This document shows, in pieces, positions 49,706 to 61,800 of a stretch of 64,000 nt of DNA. The notes under the pieces were generated by a model, which saw nothing but the letters and a program-made list of their open reading frames with translations, made no database searches and was not told where the DNA came from. The translations under genes and the position numbers were made by a program. Positions within the stretch are counted from its first letter, which is position 1. The number at the start of each line of letters is the position of its first letter. The DNA comes from Calcarisporiella thermophila CBS 279.70 (lineage: Eukaryota; Fungi; Calcarisporiellomycota), in contig NW_027192210.1 of assembly GCF_041956535.1 (NCBI RefSeq), forward strand, positions 318,021-382,020. The letters run 5' to 3'.

Positions 49706-50607
49706 ATTTTCCAATGTTACTATTGTTTTTGTGATGTTATTTATCGACATGTCCAAGAAATAAAGGTTTATTTATATTGAGAGTGCTGGCTGGATGCAGT
49801 GATTGGAATAGTAGAAAGAGAAGAGATCGAACATGGAAAAAATGGTAAGGAAGAGAGATGAGGGTATTCATTTACAATGGTAGGAAATTTAATTGAAGCA
49901 GTCAATTATGCCTGAAATACTTCATTCCGAGCCAGTTCCACAGTACGGCCCACACGGTCACCGGCAGCGTCAGTGGCACCAGGGCAGAATAATATACATC
50001 CTCTTTAATGGCATCGAGAATCTAATCAATGAGGGTGCAGCTTTAGCTTACGTCTTCACATCCCATGCTACCTACTCATTCTACTGACCTTGTTGCCGGT
50101 AACCGGCATGAATTTTGAAACTACAACCGCATACATGCCCACAACAAACATCACAAAAGTCGTGATAAGGAGTGCATAACCCCATAGCCAAGTGGTGTTG
50201 GGTTCATTTTGTGACAGGTGTCGAGTGTGTGGATGGTGATAAAGGGGGGTTTTTTTTTGCGAAGGGATGGCAGGCGGGAGAACATGAGTGCATTGAGCTT
50301 GTAGATTTGGAGAAGAATAGGAGCGGTTGGGAACGTTCTATAGAAGAGGGGCAATTATTGTAAGGATGGAAGAGAGCAAATAGTTAGGCGGCTGGTTCTT
50401 TTACCTGATGGATGGTCCGTTTCTTTGCAGAACGTGTCATCCTTCTGAATCTATCTTCCTACTTCTTTTTCCCTATTCTTCTGAAAAGTGCGAATACAAT
50501 TTAAACTTTAGAGTGACTGCCGAGGGTTCGATTTTCAAGCGCTATACAAAGTTCTCTTTTATGTTTTTTTATAAATGCTCTTTCGCGCATTGTCCACATA
50601 CACCAAA

Positions 50608-51507
50608 ATGAGCGAGAAACTCTTTAGAATAGCTATCGATGGGCCTGCCGCCTCCGGAAAGAGTAAGTGGTTGCCGGTTTTTAATGCTCTAAATCTTTTA
50701 TCTATATCATTGCGTTCACTACGCAGGCACCACCGCCAAGATGGTTGCACGTGAACTTGGATTCGGCTATGTGGATACTGGTTGGAGAAGATCCTGAATC
50801 CTTTTGTTCTCATCTAGCTGGCTGACCAGGAACTGCTTTTGATGGAATAACTAGGCGCAATGTACCGTGCTGTGACCCTCGACGCCCTTGCCAACTCATT
50901 ATCACCCACTCTGGAGAAGGATTCCCAAGGCATTGCTCGGCTGGCTGCCAACTCCCGCATCGAATTTGGCCCGCTACCCTCTCCACATAGCAGCGCTTCA
51001 CAGCAGGTTTTTCTCAACGGGAAAGAGGTGACCACTGACATTCGCACCCCAGAAGTGACACGCTGCATAGCTGGTGTTGCGGCCAACCCAGGGGTGCGTG
51101 CAGCTCTGGTGGGCAAGCAGCAGGCACTGGGCCGCGGTGAGATGGACAGCGGGAGCAAAGGCCACGAAGTGCACGGAAGACTAGTCCGCGGCGTAGTCAT
51201 GGATGGAAGAGATATTGGTACAGTCGTGCTGCCCGACGCAGAGCTCAAAATTTTTCTTGTAGCAGACGACGAGGTGCGTGCGCAGCGAAGATGGAATGAA
51301 ATGCGACAGGAAGACAAAGCCAGGACCAGTTTAGAAGAGGTGTTGCGGGATCTGAAAGAAAGAGACCGAACCGACAGCGAGAGGGCCGTCGGGCCTCTGC
51401 GCGAGGCAGAGGGGGCGGTTCGTGTGGATACCAGTCAATTGACGATCGAGGGGCAGGTCAGGAAAATCGTGGAATTAGCACGAGAAAGGATTGAAAAGTG
51501 GGTTTAA
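50608..51507 (+). CDS. cmk: Bacterial-type (d)CMP/cytidylate kinase (253 aa); exons 50608-50662, 50727-50780, 50855-51507
   Basis: IAIDGPAASGKSTTAK, DTGAMYRAVT, VVMDGRDIGTVVLPDAELKIFL and ERDRTDSERAVGPL. Confidence 0.92.
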
Positions 51508-52186
51508 AAGATGCGTATGAGAGCGTATTTATTTCAATGAGCAAGTTGGCTTGTATTGATAATGAAAAAAAAATCTGATAACTCTACTGCTCGGCCATAG
51601 GCCCTGACGTTCTATTTTACGCGTACACATCCCACCGACATACGTGATAATCATGGCTTCAAATACCATTCTATTTATCCTTCACCTTTGGAATAAACTC
51701 TGTATCCACTACTGCCATATTGTTGACCAACTTCTGTAGTGCATGCTGTTTCTCTTCGAATGACTTTAGCGTTTCCTAATCCGTAGAAAAAGTGTTAATT
51801 GGATCGGAGAGATGGGTATGAATATATTATGGAGTCCTACGTTGATACGCTTTGCCTCAACCACCATTGCTTGCTCGCCTGCCTGGAGGTCGGCGTGGAG
51901 AGGGGAGAGTGATTCCGACAAGGATATGAGCAGATGATCACTAGCGCTTTCTAAAAGGGACAAGGGATCTAAGAAGAATCACGCGACACTGCTTAAATGA
52001 TAGCTCACTTACTAAGTTTTCTCTCCATCTATCTCATGTTGCATTCGATCAATATAAAAGTAATGTCTCCTAGTTTTCATGCAGTAGATTATTTTTTTTG
52101 CTAAGAGTTTTAGGTTAGGTTTGAAGTCGCGTGTCTTTAGAAATCGACTCGAATATTGAAGGGTCATCCAGTTCATTGATCACAAA

Positions 52187-55133
52187 ATGTCCAACGGGCT
52201 CTCTTCGCCCACCTCCTACCGGGCCCAAGACAAATCGCATCGCAACATCCGCAACCTTTCTATTCAGACTCCACAGCCGCCTGCACGGCAACCCCGCCGT
52301 CAACCCTTCTCCCTCTTCTCAGATTCCGACGATGAAGCCATTCCTTCAGTCCCGTTCCCTCACGAGGGCATCAATCGCGCGGCCCTGCGGGACCCCGCTC
52401 ATTTCGATGCGAATCAATTTCTCGTCCAACGTCGGCATCTCTCTCTTGATGACCAGAAGACCGAGCTCGAGGAACATCTCAAGTTCCTCAAAAATGAGTT
52501 GGTGGAGTTGATCAATAATGATTATGCCGATTTCATAAACCTGTCGATGAATTTAAAAGGAGTGGACGTGGGCATAGAGGACATTCGAAAGCCTGTCCTC
52601 GGGATGAGAAAAGACGTGCAGGTTTGTTTCACAATGACGCGTTTTTTATTGCCTTTTCATATGCAAGCTTGCTCTAATATCGGATATTCTATTGGGGATA
52701 GGCCATGAAGGGCAAGTTTGAAGGAGTCATATCCATTCTAGAAAGCAAGTTGGCCTATAGAGCTTCCATTCGTGAAAAGATGGTATCTCGATTACTTTTT
52801 ACGATTTTGAGCCTTTTTTTTCTTTCAACTAACCATTGTATAATACTATGCTATATGACAGTCTGTATTGCAATTGATGCTTAACATCAACGATTCGGTG
52901 ACCAAGGTTGAGAATCTGCTCCTCATCAACCTAGGTGCATCAGAAGAGAACCATGTTTATGCGGACAAGACCGGCGACAAGTAAGTGCCATACCTTGAAT
53001 CCGAAACATTGCTGATGCTGAATTTTTTTTGAATGTCAAGTATGACCAAGCGGATAGAGCGGGTGGCAGTAGAGTACAACCAAATGCAATACCTTGTAAA
53101 TAAAGGCAAAGGGTTACCTTTTGTAGAGAATATAGAATGGGTAAAATTGACTGCGGCTCATTTAGAGTATCCGAGTGGATGGTTGTTTATGAGCAAGAAA
53201 AACAAACTAACTGCTTTTTTTTTTTATCAACCCAAATTTCCAGAGAATTGCACGTATCATAGATTCTCTACAGTCGAATCTTTCATCTGCATTACGGGAG
53301 GCACTACAAGCCCTTCGTAAAGATCCAAAAGATACTGCCTCCAAGGATGCCCTTGCGCAATGCCTACGCACATATGCATTGATCGACCATTCCAGCGCAG
53401 CGGAAGAGGTTATCCGCAAGGAGCTAGTCGCTCCTTTTGTACAAGAGGTATTGAATGGGGTGCCAGCTGTGTTAAGCATTGCATATGGGTTTAACATTTT
53501 AATTTTTTTTTCCCTCTCAATGCGTTTCGACTTCTCTGGCAGGTAATAAGTAGGCGTGCCATTGAGGCTTCCAGTGACGCCACCGCCTCCCCTACTACAA
53601 CACGGAATACCTCGGCGAATTTGCTTGCGCTCTATAACAAAATCCTCAAGTTTGTGGTGCACGATTGTGCTCCCGTACTCGACATCACCAACAAAGTGTT
53701 GCGCGGCACTGGATACGAGCTGGTCGTCAATTGCTTCTGGGTGGAGATTGCCTCTGCACTGATGAAAAATGTGCCTATGATATTTGCCCCCGGCATTCCG
53801 GAGGTTTTCCACAAGGTGGGTCACCTGTTTTCAGAGCCGACGGCTTGATTCATTTGCCGGTGCCCTGTTCTCACCTGGAACTGTATTGCTTTAGAACTAC
53901 AGCATCTCGATGTCCTTTGTTACCAATATGGAAGCGCTCTGCCGCTCCGAGCGCTCCCTACTACACTTCCGAGCACACCCGGCCTACATCGACTTTATGC
54001 GGCGGTGGCAGCTCCCGGTGTATTTCCAACTGCGTTTCCGTGAGATTGCTAGCCGAGTCGAGGACATCCTATCAGGCCGCGATGTTGCCCAGAGTAGGGG
54101 CGCGGGGGAGGCGAGTAGAGGCCAGGAGAGAGAGGGGAAAGGCGACGAGCAAAAGGCGTTTGAAAGGGAACCGGTGCTGGCCGGGGGCAGAGAAGTTTTG
54201 CGAGCAATGGAGCGCTGCTGGGAGGATGAGGTTTATATATACGGGTTGGCCCACCGGTTTTGGAAGCTAACGTTGCAGCTGATGCAGCGATACCGGGGCT
54301 GGGTGCTTCAGCTCTTAGAAGGACTGGACAGAGAGAGAGGAGGAGCAGGAGGAGGGGCGGGAGAGATGGACGATGCCGCTCTGAGGCATCTGGTGGTCGT
54401 TGCACACGACACGGAGTGCGTTGCTCTTGGAGCGCAGCGACTCTTTGAGGATAAGATATCCACGCGGCTGCCGGCTGCCATGTCCGAAGACGCAGTGGTG
54501 GAGGAAGGAATGTGGGCGAGTGTTCAGGGGCTGCGTGAGTGTATTCCAAAGTTGCACGAGCACGTTATAGAGGCGCTGGTGGTGAGATGTGGCGATATAG
54601 TGCGGCAGATTAGGACCGTGACCGGGCAGTATCGGCACACGGGGCGGGGGGCGCCCAAGGGGCCTAGCTTCTTTGTGGTGGGGATTTTACAGCCGCTAGA
54701 GGGGTTTCTGCGGGAGAATGCATTGTACCTGGACATCGCCGGCGGAGAGGAGGCGGAGAGGGAGGCAGAGGGGGAAGGAGGTGAGGAGGAGGTACGAGCA
54801 AGGGAGATGCACAGCGTGGAGGCGGTGAAGCGGGGGGTCATTGAGGGCGTCACTGCTCGCTATGCGGCCAGTGCAGCAGAGCTGCTCGACACGCTTAAGC
54901 TTGCAGAGGGAAGTCTGCAGCGCCGCAAGGGTGCATCGCACCCCATGCATGCTGGCGGGATGTCCGACGAGGACAAGATTCGCGCCCAGATAGTGCTAGA
55001 TGTCAGGACGTATGCAGGAGAGGTGGACCGGATTTTGGGGGGACAAGGCAGGGCAAGCGATGACATCCACAGCTTGCACAAGTTGAAGGAGGTGGTCAAG
55101 GAGTACGAGCATCTAGACACGTTATCTGGTTAG
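52187..55133 (+). CDS. COG2: Conserved oligomeric Golgi complex subunit 2
   Basis: LKNELVELINNDYADFINLS, IFAPGIPEVFH, FMRRWQLPVYFQLRFREIA, LAHRFWKLTLQL and MSDEDKIRAQ. Confidence 0.93.
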
Positions 55134-56002
55134 GGAACTGAACCAGGATTCTTTTTTTTTTTTTTTGCTCTGCTGCCGTAATTTTTTTTTTTGCGTTGTC
55201 GTTTTTTTTTTTTGAACTATTTTCTATGCTATCCCATGGACGCGACTTTTTTTTGGTTATCTATTTGCTCTTTATCTACCCCTAACCTAAAATTACCCTA
55301 ACCCTCCGCCTCTCCCCCATCTCCCTTGTCCCACCATCCCCCTTTGTCTTTGAAGGCTTGGTAATGTAATAGATTGTCATTCGAAAAGGATGCAAGACTG
55401 TTCTCGCCACGCAAAACAACCGGGTGGAAAAAGCCGATCCCATTTATTTTTTTCTACTTTGAAACAACGAAAGAAAAGTATAGTCTTCTAACTATAAGAA
55501 ACAACAATCACTGCTTAGCAAAAAAATAAAAGGCTTAAGACGGAGTGGGAGGGGGAGGAAAAGCAATATATGCGGGGGGTGAAATCATATTCAAAACAAT
55601 TACATAAACACAAACAACCAAACAAAATCCATGAAGCAATAAAATAGGAGCAACAAAAATAAACAATAGGAGGGTGAAAAAACATAAGACTTGAATATGT
55701 ACAAATAAAGAAGCAAAATAACTATAGGATATGGACTCAAGTAGGGTGGGTGGGGGGGGGGGGAATAGTGTTATACTCAAGCAAATATCACAATGGAATG
55801 GATAACGAATTGATATAGAATGAAGGCTAGAGGAAAGGAGGAACCATAGAAATACCCCGAGATGTCAAGATATGCTAAGACACATAAATACCATGGTGGT
55901 GGGAGAAAAGGAGGATTGGGTAGGGCGTAAAACCGAGGGAAAAATGAAAATGCGCAATATTGGTGGGAAGGCAATAGGAGGGCGGCGACCGGGTAAAAAA
56001 GC

Positions 56003-56607
56003 TCATGAAGGGGGCGGATATCCGTACCCGTACCCATGGCTATAGGCATACGTTCCATAATCATAGCCGTATCCCCCATATCCGCATCCCGACTGATACT
56101 GGTAGGGCGGGTAAGAGTTTGGATGCATGGTGGTGGGGGCGGGCGGCGAAGATTGGTAATAGTAGGAAGTGGGGGGGGTGGTGGCTGGGGTCGCGTAGGC
56201 GCTGTGACTGGAGTATCTCTCTATGGTTTCTTGTGATGCAGCATGGCCGGAATTGAGAATATAATGAAGCGACGTCTTACTCTCACAGGCCGCTACGCCG
56301 CCCAGAGAAGAGTGGGGGAGAGAGGAGTTAGGGCAGCGTTAATGGGGACTGAAGCGGGCAGCCAAATCAGGTAGGGGGTGGCATGCTTACCATTGTTCAT
56401 TCGATTGCGATAACTACGCGTTGCCCTCTCGTTGCCCTGCTGGAGGTAGCGGGCGTATTTTTCGGGGTCCTGCTCCTTCATTCGCTGGCGGTACCGCTGC
56501 ATTTTGAGGGCAGCATTACTAGACTTCTTGGTGACGGTGGGGGCCGAGGCGGAATCCGCGCCTTGGGCGGGAGTTGTTTGCTGCGATGGCCAACCCCACT
56601 TGAACAT
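56003..56607 (-). CDS. Small putative DNA-binding protein (168 aa; exons 56607-56391, 56292-56003)
   Basis: A GTAAGC...CGTAG intron joins the basic helices (NAALKMQRYRQRMKEQDPEKY...NERATRSYRNR) in frame to KTSLHYILN and a Y/G/P-rich tail. The second exon's frame is absent from the ORF track. Confidence 0.7.
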
Positions 56608-56776
56608 GCCGATGTAGGGGATGCTAGGCTGGCGAAACGCTTTGTGAGGCGTAAGAAGATAATAAATCCAGGAGAGCCCTCCAGGGGATGACAGAGAAGA
56701 GAGAATGGGGAAATAGCAGCAGCGCGGTGGAGAAGCGCGAAGGGGGAGAAAGAGAGGAGGGGGAGAAGGGGAGAGT

Positions 56777-56794
56777 GAGAGAGAGAGAGAGAGA
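56777..56794. repeat. (GA)n microsatellite in the 5' region of the small basic protein gene
   Basis: Read directly. Confidence 0.8.
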
Positions 56795-58884
56795 AGCAGC
56801 CCAGCGGGTGGAACGAGTCAAAAAAAGAAAGCGAATAAAACACTTAATATGCGGAGAAGTACAGTTAGATTCTTATTTTAATGAAGACATGTGATAGTCC
56901 GTTTCGGGAGAAATTGGCCACGGCTGTCTTACCAGACGTGGTTCATAAGGAAGTCGAGTCTTCCTTATTCAATGACAGAAATTAAAACAGGCCCAACTAG
57001 TAGGAGCGCCAAAGAAAACGGCAAGAAACACGCGTCACGGTGCGCAGTGGGCCAGCCCTTATATACACTCGCCCCCGCCCCCCGCCGCCCTATCGGCCTT
57101 TGCCTGGCCGCTTCTGTAAACGCCTAGCTCGCCCCTGAACACATTGGCAAATTGGCGTGGCACATATTAAGGGGAAATGAATAGCTGAATTAATGAATGA
57201 GGAATGGAATGAATGATTAATAAATGATAAACCGAGCGATGCAATGAAGCGATGCCATGCAGCCGCACCGATGGATGTGCGGCGAGGATTGGGGAGGGGG
57301 GGTGCCCTTTTTTAGGTTGGCAGGATAGACATGGGGAGATTAGGGGAAACCTTGTTTCCTCCCTCGCGTCTCTTGCCTTGGCTCTGCGTCTCTCCTCTGG
57401 CCCCTCCGCGCCTTGGCGGCGGGCTCGTCTGCTTGCTTTGCGATTGCCCTCGCTGCCTTGGCCTCGCCCCTGCCTTTTCCGAGAGGGGGCCACCGCCTTT
57501 CGGCTGAGCACGGCTCTGGCAGCACAGGCCATGCAAGGCCACAGATCGCCCTTCCACTACCCAAGGTCCGCCCTCTGCGCTGGGCAAACGAAAGAGGGAA
57601 TTGGCACTTCTTTTACTATGGTGCCCACGGGTAGAACGGATCGCGGTGAGCTGCGTGGATTTGCGCAGATGAGGTCAGTGGAATATTCCCTGGGCGGCAC
57701 GGCGCAGTGGCATTGGCCAAGGTGGATGTTGTGTGGCGTTGCATGACAGCACTCAGCGGCGCCAAACCAAACTGGGGAGGCATGCATAACTAGGCGAGGC
57801 CTCGCAAGGCCGGATAAATACGCGTAGCAAGCGGTGGGCCGGGGAGGGCGGCCCTTGCTAGCCACTGTGCATGCGGTCCTTGCCCCGTCCTCCCGCTGCA
57901 CGGCCCAAGCACTCTCGCCGTTTCATTTAAATGCGGAGCAGTCATGGAGCCCAAGCACCAAAACACTACCGTGTCCGACTGCGGCCTCGCGACTGGCCGC
58001 AACGGAGCCTGCTGGGGATCGATCACGCTCATTCATAATGGCGACGGAGGGCGAAATTCTCACATCCAACGTCCGTGGCAATCTCACGATAGTACATGGA
58101 TAATGCCGCTTCGCCAAGCGAAGAGAAGAGCAAGCGATTAAACACAAGTCGTATTTTTCCATATTGAGCGCCGGCTCAGAGCACTCTTCTCTCTTTCCTG
58201 GGCTTCCCTTCCATCGCGGCCGTCCCACCGGAATTGAACGCTTCCCCCCATCCTCCCCCACTTCAGGCCATTTTAAAGGCGCGGTGGGGAGCGTGTGGGG
58301 CTGCTGATTTCGGGGACCTTGTACGGTTCAATAATGAAAAGAGGACTGAGAGGTCAGAGGATGTCTCCCGCTGGCATTTGGTCTTGTGGAGAAGTATACC
58401 GTGACCTCAAGCTCATTCATTATTCTGTCTTTACTGACAAGGAAATTTTTTACTAAGCATTTATGAATTAATTAATTTTCGTAAGGTTATCAGGCAAGAT
58501 TTCAATCCGATCATGAAGTGTTTAATTAAAAAACAGGGTTGGTTTGTAAAAAATTAAGATCAATTTGACTCCAGGAAACGAAAATAGCCACCGATGGCTT
58601 CAGAATGATTTCTGTTTTGTGCAGAGAAGGAGAGGGAGGAGGAGGGAGAGGGGGAACGATGGCATCGACAAAGATGGAAGCTGGTGTGCAGAATGCAGCA
58701 GATTTGCTGCAAGCAGAATTGCATCATGCATCTAAAAAAAAGGTCCAACGGCCAAAGAGAAGAAAACAACTATCAAAACATTGGCACCCAACCAGGTGTT
58801 GAGCACCTTGGCATAAGGTCCATGATCAACCACGGCTCAGCTCTTTTTTTTCCTTCCCATTTCCTCTCCTCTCCTTTTGTTTTC

Positions 58885-61800
58885 TTAGATGGTGCAGTAT
58901 TTTCGTAATAGCATTTGCGCCAATCCGGTCGACCCAACCGACGAGTAGAGCATGGCCAAGTTATAGGCTGCCTCTTGCCGCAGATCACTCTCGTCATCCT
59001 CGTCTTCGTGGGATGGAGGGGACCCCACCCCCACTGTTGCCCCACTACTCGCCTTAGCCGGCTCTAGCGATTCAGCCTCCACTTGTCCCCCGGCCGCTTC
59101 AACTCGTTCCGCCTCCTTGGGTGGGATTGGAGTGGTATCCGGCGACCCATTCGTCTTGGCTGATCTTCGCTGCTGCCGTTCCGAGGGAAGCTGGAAGACA
59201 CGCTCGTAGTGCCTGACAGCAAGAGTGCCTAAGTCTGATGCAAGCACAATGAATAAGTCGCAAAAAAAACAACTTGGAGGAAAACCAAAACCAAAATAAA
59301 AAGCCGGTGGCCCTCCCCCCTCCGCCCTGCGAAATAGGGGGCGAAAATATGGAGGAAATAAAATGTTTTGCCATCGAATGAAACACTCACCCAAATAGTG
59401 AAATGCCCGGGCCAGGTTATAGGCTGCCTCCTGGGAGCCCTCCCGCAGGCGGTAGTACCGCATAAGAAAGGTAAAGCCCTGCATAATCTGATGGTGGCGG
59501 TTGGCGGTGCCCGTACGCTGCATCGCGCGGTGCAGAAGCGAGATCCCAAGCGAGAAACAGATGACGGGGTCCGTCGGGTTCAAGAGGTAAGCCTTGGCAT
59601 AATGGTCTGAGGGACGTTTGAAAGAACAGGTCAATGGAGCGTGTATATTTAGAATAGCGACCCCAATGCCTTACCTATGGCCAGCCCGTAGCTCTTTGCA
59701 AAGCTCAGAATGTGGCCGTACAGGGTCAGAAGCACCGGGTCCTTGCACTTCCCCTTGCCGTGGTCGCGCAGCCGGGGCTCGTCCACATCCATGGCATCGC
59801 CAGCAGCGGGCTGCGCGGATGGCTCATCCACCTCCATCTGCAGCTCGTTCTCCTCTTCCGCCTCATCGCCTTCCCCCTCCGCCTGGTCCTTTTGCTGCTT
59901 GCGTCGACGCAGCTCATTGGTCTTAAATCCGGTTCGCCCCTCTTGCACCGACTTGACCAATCGCATGACGAATTTCTGAGATGGCCCGGAGGCAAAGTAG
60001 ACGCCCGACTCGTCCCCCCTAGAGACAACCATAGATACATCAATACCACGCTCTTTTAGGCGGGGGTAGGAGGAAAAAGGATTGCACAGACGCAGCTTAC
60101 CCGGGGAACATGGCCTCGTAAATGCGATAACCCTCGCGATTGAATCCAAGGTAGACGCAGAGCGATCGTGCCACCTCACACACGGTCTCATAATCTTGCG
60201 CTCGAACCGCACAACCTGGAGGATGCAAGTTAGGAGACACAAAAGAGTTTAATAATGGACACGAAATGATGTGCAGCAACGCTCGGTAGCAGATACTTGC
60301 TGATGAGAGCAATTTTTAGCTTTAGCTTTTTGGACGTATCGTTGTCAAACGACTTTGTGTCTCCAAGAAATCGCAGCACGTTCTGGGCTTCTTCGTAGCG
60401 GCCGTGGTAGCCGAGTATGATGGCATACTGATGCGTCATTCACGCGTGGGAACGATGGAAGACAGGAGTCAATACACGAAGTGAATAAGCCAAAGCCGTA
60501 GCTTTGTTCATTACCTTAATGATGAGCTCAAACCAGGTGGTCAGACTAAAGCCCATAAAATCGGAGGGCGATTTGGCCTCTTCCGTCGCACTTTCTGACT
60601 TGACACCTATGGTAGTAAGGAGAGTCATTATCGCATCCCATTTAGCTTGGGCTTTCACGCCAACGCAACAATCACAAACCTTCGACTTGATTTCGCAATC
60701 GCTCGGCCATCTCCAACGCTTGAACCTCCCGCTCCGTCTCCCGATCAAGCTGTCCAGATCGGGACCAATTCCTTTGCTAAAATAATAAGCAGTGGGGCTG
60801 AGATTAGCTCTCTCGATATGGGCCGGGAATGCCGCAGAGGGGAAATATCCCACTCGAAAAAATAGAGAGAAAGAGTTCAAGTTACCTTGCGACGATGGTG
60901 CCGAAACTCCTCCACCATGGACGACATCATGTCGAAATACTCGTGGAGAAGGCTTTGCTCTCGCCGGTGCTGTAACAGCGGTTCGATGAGATGGATCCGC
61001 TGCACCTTGTTGAAGATGTCCCGCTCTTTTTCTTGCCTCTGCAGCTCGGTCTGGCGCCTGTGCTCCTCTGGGTCAAGCATAGATCTTGGGAGGGGAGGCG
61101 GACGTTGTTTCCGTCGGCCCCTCCCCCCATCGTAGTCGGCTTCGTCCACCATCTCCATTCGGGCCCTCCGGTAGGCGGGTGCTCGGCGGAGTCGCCGTTC
61201 ACTTGCTCTGATCTCATTCGCCCTGACCACTGCGAATATCCAATTGAAATAAAACGAATATAAACCAGGCTGCTGATGGCGCCTTGAGAAATGAAAGCAC
61301 ACTTGCCTTGATCGATAAGATGGTAGGCCTTCTCCTTCTCACCCTGCGCTTCGAGACAGTAGGCAAGCCCCATCTTTGCATCGAGGTGATCGGGTACATC
61401 CTCCAGCACTATACAGGGGAGGAGGCGAAGGAGGTGACAAAGGGGGGAGGGGAGGAAATAAAGAATATAAGATGTTATATAAAGTGGGATTTGTTATCGC
61501 AAGAATGGATCAACAAGGCTACCTGCGTTGTAGTACTCGCTTGCGCTTTCATGGTTGCCCAATAAGCGATGACAATCGCCAATATGAACATAGACATTGG
61601 GTTCGAGCGGCTAAATGAAGATGCAATAGCCGGGTGTAAAAACAAAACAATCTCCAAAAAATAAAAAGTCCCGCCACTACCTCTTCCGACTCAAGCATGA
61701 GATTGAATACATCCAAAGCACGCCGGTACAGATCCTTTTCCATGAATGTCTCCGCCACCTCTTGGTACAGGTCCGAATAATTTGCAACGGGGTGCCGGAA

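Noticed and set aside
56281-56292. Apparent 12-nt microexon followed by a GTAAGA donor
   Set aside because: Reading straight through stays in frame to the Tyr/Gly tail and retains the SLHYILN motif, so a second intron is not needed.
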